Positions 17,752 through 26,467 are shown, counted from the first letter of the stretch. The stretch is DNA of 32,000 nt from Promethearchaeota archaeon (GCA_030606485.1 JAUWGH010000001.1:330001-362000); one strand, 5' to 3'. Numbers and translations: made by a program. The notes: generated by a model not told the origin, from the sequence alone.

Positions 17752-19203
17752 ATGGCTGAAGAATTCAACGAAGAAGAGAAGGAAAAAAAAATAGAGAAAG
17801 ACGTAGATCGCATTGATAAAGATCTATTACAAAAGGCTAAAAATAGTAGAGATCTTATCGATAAAAAATTAAGAACATTCGAAAATAGTATTGATATTGT
17901 CTCAAATGCGAGAAAAACCGACGTAGAGTCAGAAAAGGAAGAAGGTAAGAAGATAACTATTGAGAAAAGTGAAGAAATAAAAGAGTTAGAAAAAAGATTT
18001 GAAGTAGTTACTAAAAAAATAAATGATAAAGAAGAATATCTTATTGCTTTAGAAGAGAAGATTTCGGGATTGGAAGAAATATACAATCGAAAAATTGAAA
18101 GTTCGAATACCTTGAATGAAGAATTAGCAATAGTAATTGGAAATAAAGAAAAACTAGCAACTGAATACAATGACCTTCAGAATAGGATCATTGATCTCAA
18201 TAATGCTTATGAAGCCAGAAAGATTGATTTAACGGTACTCCAAGATAAAGTAAAAGAAAAATTAGCAAATCAAGATGAATTACGGAACCAAATTGCAAAA
18301 TTTAATCAAGTAATACAAGAAAATGAAGAAAATTTTCTTCAATTAAAAGAAGAATCTAAAACTTTAGATAATAGATTAATAAGTTTGAGAACAGAAAATG
18401 AAGGTTTAAGAGCGACTATTGATAAAAATAAAGAAGAGATTTCTAATGTAAATAATTTAATTGAAGCAAAAGAAAATGAAATAAAACTTTTGAATGGACA
18501 AATTGAGAAAAAAGAAGAGAGATTAAGTAATATTGAACTCAAATTTCAGGAGTATAATGAACAACTTCCTGAAATAGAAAGGAGAAAAGATGTTTATGAT
18601 CAAATTATTAGAAACTATATGATGCAAGTAGAAGAAAGGCAACAAAAAATATTGACTTTAGAAACAAAAATTATAGAATTAAATGAGTCAATAGATACTA
18701 TAAAAGAACAAATTTTAGGAAAAGAGAACCTCATAAGTTTAAATGAAAAAAGATTGAATGAATTAAAGGTAGAAATTGAAACAGCTATTGCTGAGCATAA
18801 TGAACGTGAAAATCTCTTAAAATCTATAACTGAAAAGTTAGAATATACAGAAAAAGAACATGAGAAATTAACTAAAGCAAAAGATACAATAGATAAAAGT
18901 ATAAATGAATCGAAAGAAATATTTCAACAGTTAAAAACCCAATTAGATGGTCAAGAAGAAGAAATTAGAGATAAAGAAAGCCGAATAAATAGATTGGAAA
19001 TATTATCTTTAATTTATAGGGCATCAAAATTTTTCGGTGGAATATTAATTGGAATGGGCATATTCTTTTTAATTATTGGATTCGGATATCTGCTCAATAT
19101 TTTCGATTTTGGAGAAGCAAACCCAATATTAATCATGCTCTTATCATTAATTGGAGCAGGTTTAATAATAGTTTCTGGTATATTCCATTTAGAAAAATCA
19201 TAA
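17752..19203 (+). CDS. Long coiled-coil protein with C-terminal two-helix membrane anchor
   Basis: About 400 aa of E/K/Q/N/L/I heptad-rich sequence nearly free of Pro/Gly, followed by two hydrophobic helices (FFGGILIGMGIFFLIIGFGYLL; ILIMLLSLIGAGLIIVSGIF). Confidence 0.75.
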   Translation: MAEEFNEEEKEKKIEKDVDRIDKDLLQKAKNSRDLIDKKLRTFENSIDIVSNARKTDVESEKEEGKKITIEKSEEIKELEKRFEVVTKKINDKEEYLIALEEKISGLEEIYNRKIESSNTLNEELAIVIGNKEKLATEYNDLQNRIIDLNNAYEARKIDLTVLQDKVKEKLANQDELRNQIAKFNQVIQENEENFLQLKEESKTLDNRLISLRTENEGLRATIDKNKEEISNVNNLIEAKENEIKLLNGQIEKKEERLSNIELKFQEYNEQLPEIERRKDVYDQIIRNYMMQVEERQQKILTLETKIIELNESIDTIKEQILGKENLISLNEKRLNELKVEIETAIAEHNERENLLKSITEKLEYTEKEHEKLTKAKDTIDKSINESKEIFQQLKTQLDGQEEEIRDKESRINRLEILSLIYRASKFFGGILIGMGIFFLIIGFGYLLNIFDFGEANPILIMLLSLIGAGLIIVSGIFHLEKS

Positions 19204-19244
19204 ATTTTATATTAACCTGAATTACAGATTAAATGGAATAAATT

Positions 19245-21113
19245 TTGAGTGATTCTGAAGAAAAAATAATTGTTTCTGAAAGATCAACTGGAATTTCGGG
19301 TGGAATTTTATATGGGGTCGGTTGTGGTATTGGAGGGTCAATATTTACTCTCTTGGGGCCAGCAATAGATACGGCAGGTCCTGGTGTTTTAATCAGTTTA
19401 ATTTTGGGTGGTGTATTAATATTTTTAACTGCTTTGAATTTCTCTGAACTTGCAACTAGTCTCCGAATTTCAGGAGGTGGGGGATATACCTTTAGTAAAG
19501 AAGCATTAGGGGGCTTTTTGGCATATATAATTGGTTTTTTCCTTTGGATAGCAAATATGGCTGCATGTTCGTTTTCTGCACAAGCATTTGCTATTGTTAT
19601 ATATACTTTTTTTCCAATTTTAGAGGATTACTCAACATTTATTAGCATATTATCTATTTTTTTTATAGTATTCATAGTATTTAAGACAAGCCAGAGAGCA
19701 ACCAAAACATTAATATTATTAACAATTCTACTTATCCTCTTTTTAGTAATTTTTATTATTTCTGGAATTTTAATCGCACCGATTACTAATGCAACTGATT
19801 TCGATATTAATTATCTTTTATCGGGAACAAATATTTTTGGAGTAATATTTACATTTTCATCTTTATTTATCTGTTTTGCTTCTATTGTCGCCAATTTAGC
19901 ATATTTAAGTTCAGATTTGAAAAATCCTTCCAAAAACATTCCGAGGGTTAATATCATTGCTATTATTATCACTCTCTTACTTTATTTATTAATTACTTTT
20001 GTTGTATTGGTAAATATGGGAAATGATATAGAAGTAATTAGTGAATCCGATGTTCTGTTAGCAGATATTCTAAATAAAATATTGGGTCCCTTTGGATTCA
20101 TTCTTATGGGGATTGCAGCAATTATTTCAACTTTAATTGCTATGAATGCTGCGTTAGGTTCTGCAGTAAGTATTTTATTTGCTTTAGCTAGAGATAACTA
20201 TGTCTCTAAGAGATTAAAAAAAGTAAATAAAAAGACTGGAATGCCAATATATGCATTGATTATTACTGGGTTTTTATCACTCTTATTCACCGTTTTTACG
20301 GATCTAGGATTTGCCGCACAAATGACTAGTTTTATTTTCTTTTTTGGATTAGCTTTTATAAACTTTGGAGCGGTAATGTTAAGAAATAAAAGAAAAGAAT
20401 TAGATCGTCCCTTTAAAGCCCCTTTCTTTCCATATCTACCTATTTTAGTTGGTTCTATGTGTTTAATTTTTGCATTTGCATTATCAATGGAAGCAATATT
20501 GCTAGGTGTTATCATTTTTATTATTGGTATTAGTTATTATGCACTTACGATTGCTGATCGGAATTCAATAGTTTTAACAATATCTGGTTTGAAATTTTTA
20601 AGCACTTGCGTTTTGGGCGTTTTTATTTGGATTATTGCTAATTTTACTATTATTAATTCTACAATTTATGGATTTAATGTAATTTTTAGAGAGATAATTC
20701 TTCGAATTTTAATATATATTGGTATTTTTACTTTTGGAACGGTTCTTCTTGATGTAATACCACTTAGAGAAATGGTTTATTATTACATTAAGAAGGTTAA
20801 TCGAGATATGATTGCGATTGGTGATGGCCATATTATTGAACTTAAGGAAAGCAGATTAAAACTAATCCACAATATTAATTATATTACAGGAATTCTTCAA
20901 TTAATTGGCGGCTTATTTGTTTTTTTAGTTATAGGTTTAATAAGTACAGACATTATAACCCTTGAACAGATCTTATTAGGTAATACACTCATTTCTCAAC
21001 AGACTGCGGAATCTCTATCCATAATGGTTCTAACCTTATTTGGTATAGCAATTAGCGTGAGTGGGATTCTACAATTATATACAAGTCTAGAGTTATTACG
21101 ACTGAGGATATAA
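19245..21113 (+). CDS. APC-superfamily amino acid permease with extra C-terminal TM helices
   Basis: GCGIGGSIF, AGPGVLISLILGG, FSELAT, GGGYTF, DLKNPSKNIPR, LFALARDNY, ELDRPFKAPFFPYLP; additional hydrophobic tail; TTG start. Confidence 0.88.
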   Translation: MSDSEEKIIVSERSTGISGGILYGVGCGIGGSIFTLLGPAIDTAGPGVLISLILGGVLIFLTALNFSELATSLRISGGGGYTFSKEALGGFLAYIIGFFLWIANMAACSFSAQAFAIVIYTFFPILEDYSTFISILSIFFIVFIVFKTSQRATKTLILLTILLILFLVIFIISGILIAPITNATDFDINYLLSGTNIFGVIFTFSSLFICFASIVANLAYLSSDLKNPSKNIPRVNIIAIIITLLLYLLITFVVLVNMGNDIEVISESDVLLADILNKILGPFGFILMGIAAIISTLIAMNAALGSAVSILFALARDNYVSKRLKKVNKKTGMPIYALIITGFLSLLFTVFTDLGFAAQMTSFIFFFGLAFINFGAVMLRNKRKELDRPFKAPFFPYLPILVGSMCLIFAFALSMEAILLGVIIFIIGISYYALTIADRNSIVLTISGLKFLSTCVLGVFIWIIANFTIINSTIYGFNVIFREIILRILIYIGIFTFGTVLLDVIPLREMVYYYIKKVNRDMIAIGDGHIIELKESRLKLIHNINYITGILQLIGGLFVFLVIGLISTDIITLEQILLGNTLISQQTAESLSIMVLTLFGIAISVSGILQLYTSLELLRLRI

Positions 21114-21115
21114 AT

Positions 21116-22990
21116 ATGTCATTAACATATTTTTCTGAAAAAGATCTGGACTTTCTAAATAAATTATTTATGGAAAAAGGTTTTAAAGATAACCTTGAAC
21201 CAACTAATAATTTTCGATATTCCATATTAGATAACAATATTATTACAATCTCAATTAAAAAACCTATTGAACTACCTCTTAGAATAAACATACCGTTTGA
21301 AATAGTATCTTTCAAATCCTCTCTTATCTTCATGATTAGAATTACAGATTTCTCCACACTAGAAAACTTAAATTATTTAATAGAAAAACTTAGAGAAATT
21401 GGAATTGAATCAAATTTAGAACATGAATTTCCTATTAAAGGAAAAGAGCCAGAGTTATTAAAAATTTTAAATCAACTCATGCCAGAAGCAATAAATAACG
21501 AGCTTGAACCGAAATGGTTAAACAGAATAAGAATATCAATTTTTAACAAACAATCACAGTTCGAACACTATAATAAAATAATTACAACCAGTGTTAATAA
21601 TTCAATTAAAAAATTAGGTATGGAATCTACAAATGATTTACCATTGGATATAAAGAATGGCATTCCAAAATTTCGGGTAAATAATGTTCTTTTCTTTAAA
21701 AATGTAGACTCTAATAATGAATATCTTATATTGGAAAAGGGGTTTCTAACCTACTTCAATGATATTATTATTAAAAACATACATATAAGGAGTTCTTGGA
21801 ATTGTTATACACCTTATGCTTTATTAGAATTATTTAATGAAGAGAATTTCAATCTTGAATTATTAATTTCTTCATGGATTAAATTCTCTCGTATGATTTT
21901 AAATTCAATTATTGGATTGATAGAACGCGAAGAAATTAATAAATTGAATTTCTTACCAGGTAATTTTAAGCAAATTGCTCTCAATTCTGAAAAAGACATA
22001 AATTTTTCTTTTATTCCTCTTAGTTATGAAAGTAAAATCGCAAAAGAATTGCATCCAGTAGAATATAAATTACTAGGCAATCCACCATCTAACTTTGAAG
22101 AAATCAATTCTATTGAATTATATCAGCGAGCTTTAGAACAATATAGCACATATAAGTTTTCTGAAGCAATTAATTTGTTTATCGAAAGCATGAAAATTTT
22201 TAACAAATTTAAACAAAGAAAAATTGTAATTTTAATTCTACTACATTTAAGTAGAATTGCCAAAATCTTAAATCAACCAAAAAAAACATTGGAATATCTA
22301 GAAAATGGATTGGAACTATGTAAAAGTGGAAATATCCCATTGGGTCTTATTATTAAATTACATAAAAAATTAGGAAAAACTTATTTATTATTTAACCAAT
22401 TAAATAAGGCTAAGACTCATTTTCATATAATCATAAACTTTCTTGAATCAAATGTAACTGATATAAATGACCAAGTAATTCTCGCTGATACATATTTGAG
22501 CCTTGCAAAAATCAACTTAAAAGAAGAAAACCTAAGTGAAGTTAAACTTCGATTCAATAAAGCATTAAATATTTCTAAAGGTTCCCTCAAAATTCAATTA
22601 AAATATTTTTATGAAAGAGCAAAATACAACAAAAAAACAGAAAAAATGGCTTATGCAATAAAGTTATTAAAACAAGCTTTAAATTTACCGGGGCTGGATG
22701 AAAACACCATTCAACAACATAAAAAGCAAATTTTGAAGATGAATAAATTATTAGCAAAAATTTTTATATATTTTCGAAAAGATGCAAAAAATGCTCATCT
22801 TGTTCTTGATAATATGAAAAAATTATTGACTTCTGATACCCTTTTTAACTTGAAAATGATGTATAAATACTATCAAATGATGGCCGATTTCCATAAATTT
22901 CTATTAAAAGATGAAAATATGTCAAATTATTTCTTAGATCAAGCTATTAATATTAAAAATCAATTAAACGTCATTGGTGTTCCAATTTAA
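21116..22990 (+). CDS. TPR-repeat protein with uncharacterised N-terminal domain
   Basis: C-half shows TPR-like helix pairs (KFSEAINLFIESMKIF, LGKTYLLFNQLNKAKTHF, LAKINL...EVKLRFNKAL, AIKLLKQAL); 2 nt after the permease stop. Confidence 0.65.
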   Translation: MSLTYFSEKDLDFLNKLFMEKGFKDNLEPTNNFRYSILDNNIITISIKKPIELPLRINIPFEIVSFKSSLIFMIRITDFSTLENLNYLIEKLREIGIESNLEHEFPIKGKEPELLKILNQLMPEAINNELEPKWLNRIRISIFNKQSQFEHYNKIITTSVNNSIKKLGMESTNDLPLDIKNGIPKFRVNNVLFFKNVDSNNEYLILEKGFLTYFNDIIIKNIHIRSSWNCYTPYALLELFNEENFNLELLISSWIKFSRMILNSIIGLIEREEINKLNFLPGNFKQIALNSEKDINFSFIPLSYESKIAKELHPVEYKLLGNPPSNFEEINSIELYQRALEQYSTYKFSEAINLFIESMKIFNKFKQRKIVILILLHLSRIAKILNQPKKTLEYLENGLELCKSGNIPLGLIIKLHKKLGKTYLLFNQLNKAKTHFHIIINFLESNVTDINDQVILADTYLSLAKINLKEENLSEVKLRFNKALNISKGSLKIQLKYFYERAKYNKKTEKMAYAIKLLKQALNLPGLDENTIQQHKKQILKMNKLLAKIFIYFRKDAKNAHLVLDNMKKLLTSDTLFNLKMMYKYYQMMADFHKFLLKDENMSNYFLDQAINIKNQLNVIGVPI

Positions 22991-23075
22991 AACCAAAAAT
23001 TTTTAATCGCTTAATGATTTTAAAATTATAACAATAATAAACAATAACCCAAAAGAAATAAGGAAAGAAAATAAT

Positions 23076-23276
23076 ATGCCCGGTTCTCATGGTTCTTTAA
23101 CGAAAGCAGGTAAAGTTAGAACTCAAACACCTAAAGTTCAAAGACGGGGTATCAATTCCCATCCAAAAAAAATCCCCCGAATCAGATATAGAGAAAACTA
23201 TAAAAAACGAATAATAAAAGGAGAATATGGTGGTCAAACGGGTTCTATTGGCGCAAAACGTAGATATAGGAAGTAA
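23076..23276 (+). CDS. rps30e: 30S ribosomal protein S30e (eS30)
   Basis: Signature HGSLTKAGKVRTQTPKV and the downstream PR-x-R-Y pattern. Confidence 0.95.
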   Translation: MPGSHGSLTKAGKVRTQTPKVQRRGINSHPKKIPRIRYRENYKKRIIKGEYGGQTGSIGAKRRYRK

Positions 23277-23501
23277 TTCCTTTTTCAAAATCAACCAATT
23301 TTAATTAGATTTATTTCTACTTTTTAATTAATTTACTTCTCTTTTGTTCATGTTAATTCAATTACTTCAGTATTTATTTTCTCCTTTTTAAAAAAGGTAT
23401 TTTTCTCTTAAAAAAACTGGTCTAAAGATCTTTTTAATATCTTTGTTTTTTTTGTTTATTTAAAGGATTTGTTTATTAATTGCTTAATGGTGTATCTATA
23501 A

Positions 23502-23702
23502 ATGAAAATAAAAAGAAATAAAAAGATAAAAAAGTTATTAAATTCTAATAAAAGTGACATATTTGGAGATAAAATAAAATTATGCCCTGCATGTAGTGCT
23601 ACTATTTTGGATAAAAATGCAATTTTATGTCCAAATTGTAAAACAAATCTTAATAATACAAAAACTAAATATAAAATAATTAAAAATAAATTGGAGGATT
23701 GA
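23502..23702 (+). CDS. Small basic zinc-ribbon protein
   Basis: CPAC...CPNC; stop overlaps the TTG of the next ORF (TTGA). Confidence 0.55.
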   Translation: MKIKRNKKIKKLLNSNKSDIFGDKIKLCPACSATILDKNAILCPNCKTNLNNTKTKYKIIKNKLED

Positions 23703-24187
23703 AAAAAAAAATGAAAGATGATGAACGTGGAATAATTGCCGTGCGAAGTAGTGTAATTGGCGCAATTATTGGGACACTTGTATTTATCGTATTAGCTGCA
23801 TTCTTGTTTGGTTGGGGTACATGGTGGGTATATATGATCATTGGATTTATTTGGATTGGAACAGTCTCTAATGTTCTTAGATATTACATGGTAGAAAGAG
23901 TTAATTGTCCAAGCTGTGGTTCACCTGCTAATAAATATGATAAGTTCTGTAAAATTTGTGGTCATAAATTTCTCAATATGTGTCCTAAATGCCAGAAACC
24001 AGTTACAATTGGAGCAAAATTTTGTGAAGAATGTGGAACTCAACTTGAACAACCTGAAAAAGTAGAACCACCTACTCCATCTGAAGAAGTAAAAGGAGCC
24101 ATAATTAATTTTTGTCCTGGATGTGGTGAGAAGGTGGAAAATCTTGGCGCAAAGCACTGTTCTTTTTGTGGAACAGCGTTAAAATAA
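23699..24187 (+). CDS. Two-TM membrane protein with three zinc ribbons
   Basis: Two hydrophobic helices, then CPSC/CKIC, CPKC/CEEC, a Pro-rich linker and CPGC/CSFC. Start is TTG 23699 or ATG 23711. Confidence 0.8.
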   Translation: MKKKMKDDERGIIAVRSSVIGAIIGTLVFIVLAAFLFGWGTWWVYMIIGFIWIGTVSNVLRYYMVERVNCPSCGSPANKYDKFCKICGHKFLNMCPKCQKPVTIGAKFCEECGTQLEQPEKVEPPTPSEEVKGAIINFCPGCGEKVENLGAKHCSFCGTALK

Positions 24188-24274
24188 AAAAAAATATTTT
24201 TTCTTTTTTATAAAATTCAAAATAATTATTTTTTAATAGAATAAGATGCAAGAGTTAAAATTATGGTGTAAAAT

Positions 24275-24604
24275 ATGAAAAATTATGCGTATTCGCTAGC
24301 AAGTTCTGCTCTTGGAGCAATAACTGTAACATTAATATTTGGATTATTGGCTGAGTTTTTATTGGGATGGCAATGGTGGATCTATATGATTATTGCATTC
24401 TCTTGGATTGGCTTCGTAGGTGCAATATTACGATTTTTAATCCTTGAAGGAAAAAAATGTCCTCAATGTAATAGTAATGTTAGTAGAGATACAAAATTTT
24501 GCAAGAACTGTGGTTACCAATTTTATAAAGAATGTCCAAAATGTAGGAAAATGCTACGTTCTGGAGCGAGATTCTGTGATGAATGTGGAGCTCAAATAGA
24601 ATAA
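24275..24604 (+). CDS. Two-TM membrane protein with double zinc ribbon (tandem paralog of 23699-24187)
   Basis: Same layout: GW-WWIYMII, WIG, CPQC/CKNC, CPKC/CDEC. Confidence 0.8.
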   Translation: MKNYAYSLASSALGAITVTLIFGLLAEFLLGWQWWIYMIIAFSWIGFVGAILRFLILEGKKCPQCNSNVSRDTKFCKNCGYQFYKECPKCRKMLRSGARFCDECGAQIE

Positions 24605-24662
24605 TAATACAAATAAACTTAAATTTAAATTATACCTTTTTTTATTTTTTTGATTAAATAAA

Positions 24663-25475
24663 TTAACTTAATAAATCAAATATCTTCAATTTCATTCCAT
24701 CCTCTGCAGCGATAACTCTTTTTATTTCAGTTTGTTCCTGTAATTTTTTAACTTGGGAAGGTACAAAATTTCTATCTGACCTTGGGCTGTCCATATATGC
24801 TCCGAAATGTGTAATAATTAGTGTAGTTGGAGTGGGATCAATCTTATTTAAATAAGGAATTACTTCATCCGTACAAAGATGCCGTTTACAATAGATCGAA
24901 TTAGGTCTTAGAAGATTTAATACTAAGATATCGATACCATGAAACTGGTCTGGAAATTTATCAAATACCATTGTATCACTTGAAAATGCAATGGAATAGT
25001 CTTTTAACCTAAACCTTATGCCAAAACCAGGAGCTTTAGTATGAACTACTTTTGTTCCAATGATTTCTATTCCATTATAATTAAATATATCTCCCGCCTT
25101 AAATGAAATAATCCTTTCTAACATATTTTGGTGATATTGACTAATATAATTAATAACATTTTGTGGCGCAAATAATATACCTTTTTTTACGAATTTTCTC
25201 TCATTATCATAAAATCTATCACGTGAAGCCTCGATCATAACTTGAATATCATTAAAGTGATCAACATGAAAATGAGTCACAAAAAATAATTCGGTCTTTA
25301 ATGGATCTTCATTATATTGATTTATTCTTACAATTGCTCCGGGACCAGGATCTATGTGTGCTTGGATTCCATTGAATTTAAATAAAATACCTCCAGTTGC
25401 TCGATATTGCGTTCTAATATGAATACGGCCACCTCCCGATCCTAAAAAGACTATTTCATCTTCCGTGTTGCTCAT
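24663..25475 (-). CDS. MBL-fold metallo-hydrolase (archaeal PhnP/tRNase Z-like group)
   Basis: FLGSGGGR, HIDPGPGA, HxHxDH motif THFHVDH, VVHT, SSDT, IITHFG. Confidence 0.85.
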   Translation of the reverse strand: MSNTEDEIVFLGSGGGRIHIRTQYRATGGILFKFNGIQAHIDPGPGAIVRINQYNEDPLKTELFFVTHFHVDHFNDIQVMIEASRDRFYDNERKFVKKGILFAPQNVINYISQYHQNMLERIISFKAGDIFNYNGIEIIGTKVVHTKAPGFGIRFRLKDYSIAFSSDTMVFDKFPDQFHGIDILVLNLLRPNSIYCKRHLCTDEVIPYLNKIDPTPTTLIITHFGAYMDSPRSDRNFVPSQVKKLQEQTEIKRVIAAEDGMKLKIFDLLS

Positions 25476-25582
25476 TAAACCTAATCACTTTTTTAAAAAC
25501 AATTAAAGATAATGTTTCATTGAAAAAAATGTTTACTTAGTAAAATTTTTTAGATTTAGATAATTTATTATTATCAAATTAA

Positions 25583-25686
25583 GGGGATGTGGCCTAGCCC
25601 GGTTTGATTCTGAGTAGTTTCAGAACACGAGAAACGGCGCCAGCCTCCAGAGTTGGTGATCATGGGTTCAAATCCCATCATCCCCA
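25583..25686 (+). tRNA. tRNA-Trp(CCA) with a 30-nt D-loop intron (25604-25633, best fit position 20/21)
   Basis: Acceptor GGGGATG/CATCCCC+A, anticodon arm CCAGC-CTCCAGA-GTTGG, T arm ATGGG-TTCAAAT-CCCAT, D stem GCCT/CGGC. Removing 30 nt gives a 74-nt cloverleaf. Confidence 0.92.
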
Positions 25687-25697
25687 TTTATAAAACC

Positions 25698-25955
25698 TTA
25701 AATATCAAATACCTTAATTTCAATTAATTTATCAGCTTTATGCTCAAGATTTTCATAAGTTAGATCTTTTTTAGAATATCGCCCTTTTAAAAATTCAAGG
25801 GGGTTTTTTATAATAATTAATTCAACTCTTTCCGGTTCTTTATAGATACAATATAATTTATCTCCTTTTTTAATATTGAATTTTTTTTGAATTTCTTTAG
25901 GAATTGTGGTTATTCCTTTATCTCCTACGATGGATTCAATATTAATTTTTATCAC
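25698..25955 (-). CDS. AbrB/MazE/SpoVT-family DNA-binding protein
   Basis: VGDKGITTIPKEIQKKFNIKKGDKL matches the swapped-hairpin pattern (G-Q/x-I-T-I-P-K-x-I-R-x-x-L-x-I-x-x-G-D); GTG start. Confidence 0.75.
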   Translation of the reverse strand: MIKINIESIVGDKGITTIPKEIQKKFNIKKGDKLYCIYKEPERVELIIIKNPLEFLKGRYSKKDLTYENLEHKADKLIEIKVFDI

Positions 25956-26012
25956 CTATTTGGAAATATTAAATATTATTAAAATAAAAATTTAAAATTA
26001 AAATATAATAGT

Positions 26013-26183
26013 TTAAGCGGGAAACCAATGCCTACAAACAATGCACTGACATATTCTCTGTTTTCTCCCGTTTTTTAATATCATTACACGGTTAACGATT
26101 ACACTCCCGCACTTTTCGCATAATTGCAAACCTGTTTTATCACTTAATATGGTTTGTTTATTTCTCAAATCTGTAGAAACCAT
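26013..26183 (-). CDS. 56-aa zinc-ribbon protein (absent from the supplied ORF track)
   Basis: Manual translation: MVSTDLRNKQTILSDKTGLQLCEKCGSVIVNRVMILKNGRKQRICQCIVCRHWFPA*. Two CxxC pairs; sits in a higher-GC patch of an AT-rich intergenic region. Confidence 0.65.
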   Translation of the reverse strand: MVSTDLRNKQTILSDKTGLQLCEKCGSVIVNRVMILKNGRKQRICQCIVCRHWFPA

Positions 26184-26467
26184 TCTTATACCTAGTAAGT
26201 ATAATAGTTTTTTTTACTAATATAACTGCTTTTTTTTAGAATTTTCTTCAGATTTTTATTTTTTTCACAAATAATTCTAATGTTTTTCAACTATACTCTC
26301 TTTAATTGCATTAGAGCGACTCAATAATATCATTCTTTTAATGAATTTATTAAATGTAGAATGATTTTCATTGAGTAAAAAATAAAATCCAAATCGTATC
26401 AATAGATTTTATAATCTTTAAAAGATTATTTTACTTATTACAGAGCAAATCACAATTTTCAAGCCCC

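Noticed and set aside
17752-19203. SMC/Rad50 call for the coiled-coil protein
   Set aside because: No Walker A/B, signature motif, hinge or zinc hook; it has a C-terminal membrane anchor instead.
17682-24157. ORFs 17682-18170, 18339-18542, 20198-20515, 21052-21357, 21814-21999, 23097-23294, 23921-24157
   Set aside because: Shadow ORFs of the coiled-coil, permease, TPR, eS30 and zinc-ribbon genes.
26411-26429. 9-bp inverted repeat ATAATCTTT-A-AAAGATTAT upstream of the GPN GTPase
   Set aside because: Could be an operator, but a rough estimate says such an AT-rich palindrome is expected about once by chance in a window of this size and composition.
25583-26460. Integrated element at tRNA-Trp (or tRNA-Pro)
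   Set aside because: No duplicated tRNA 3' end (att site), integrase or transposase was found in the window; flanking genes look chromosomal.
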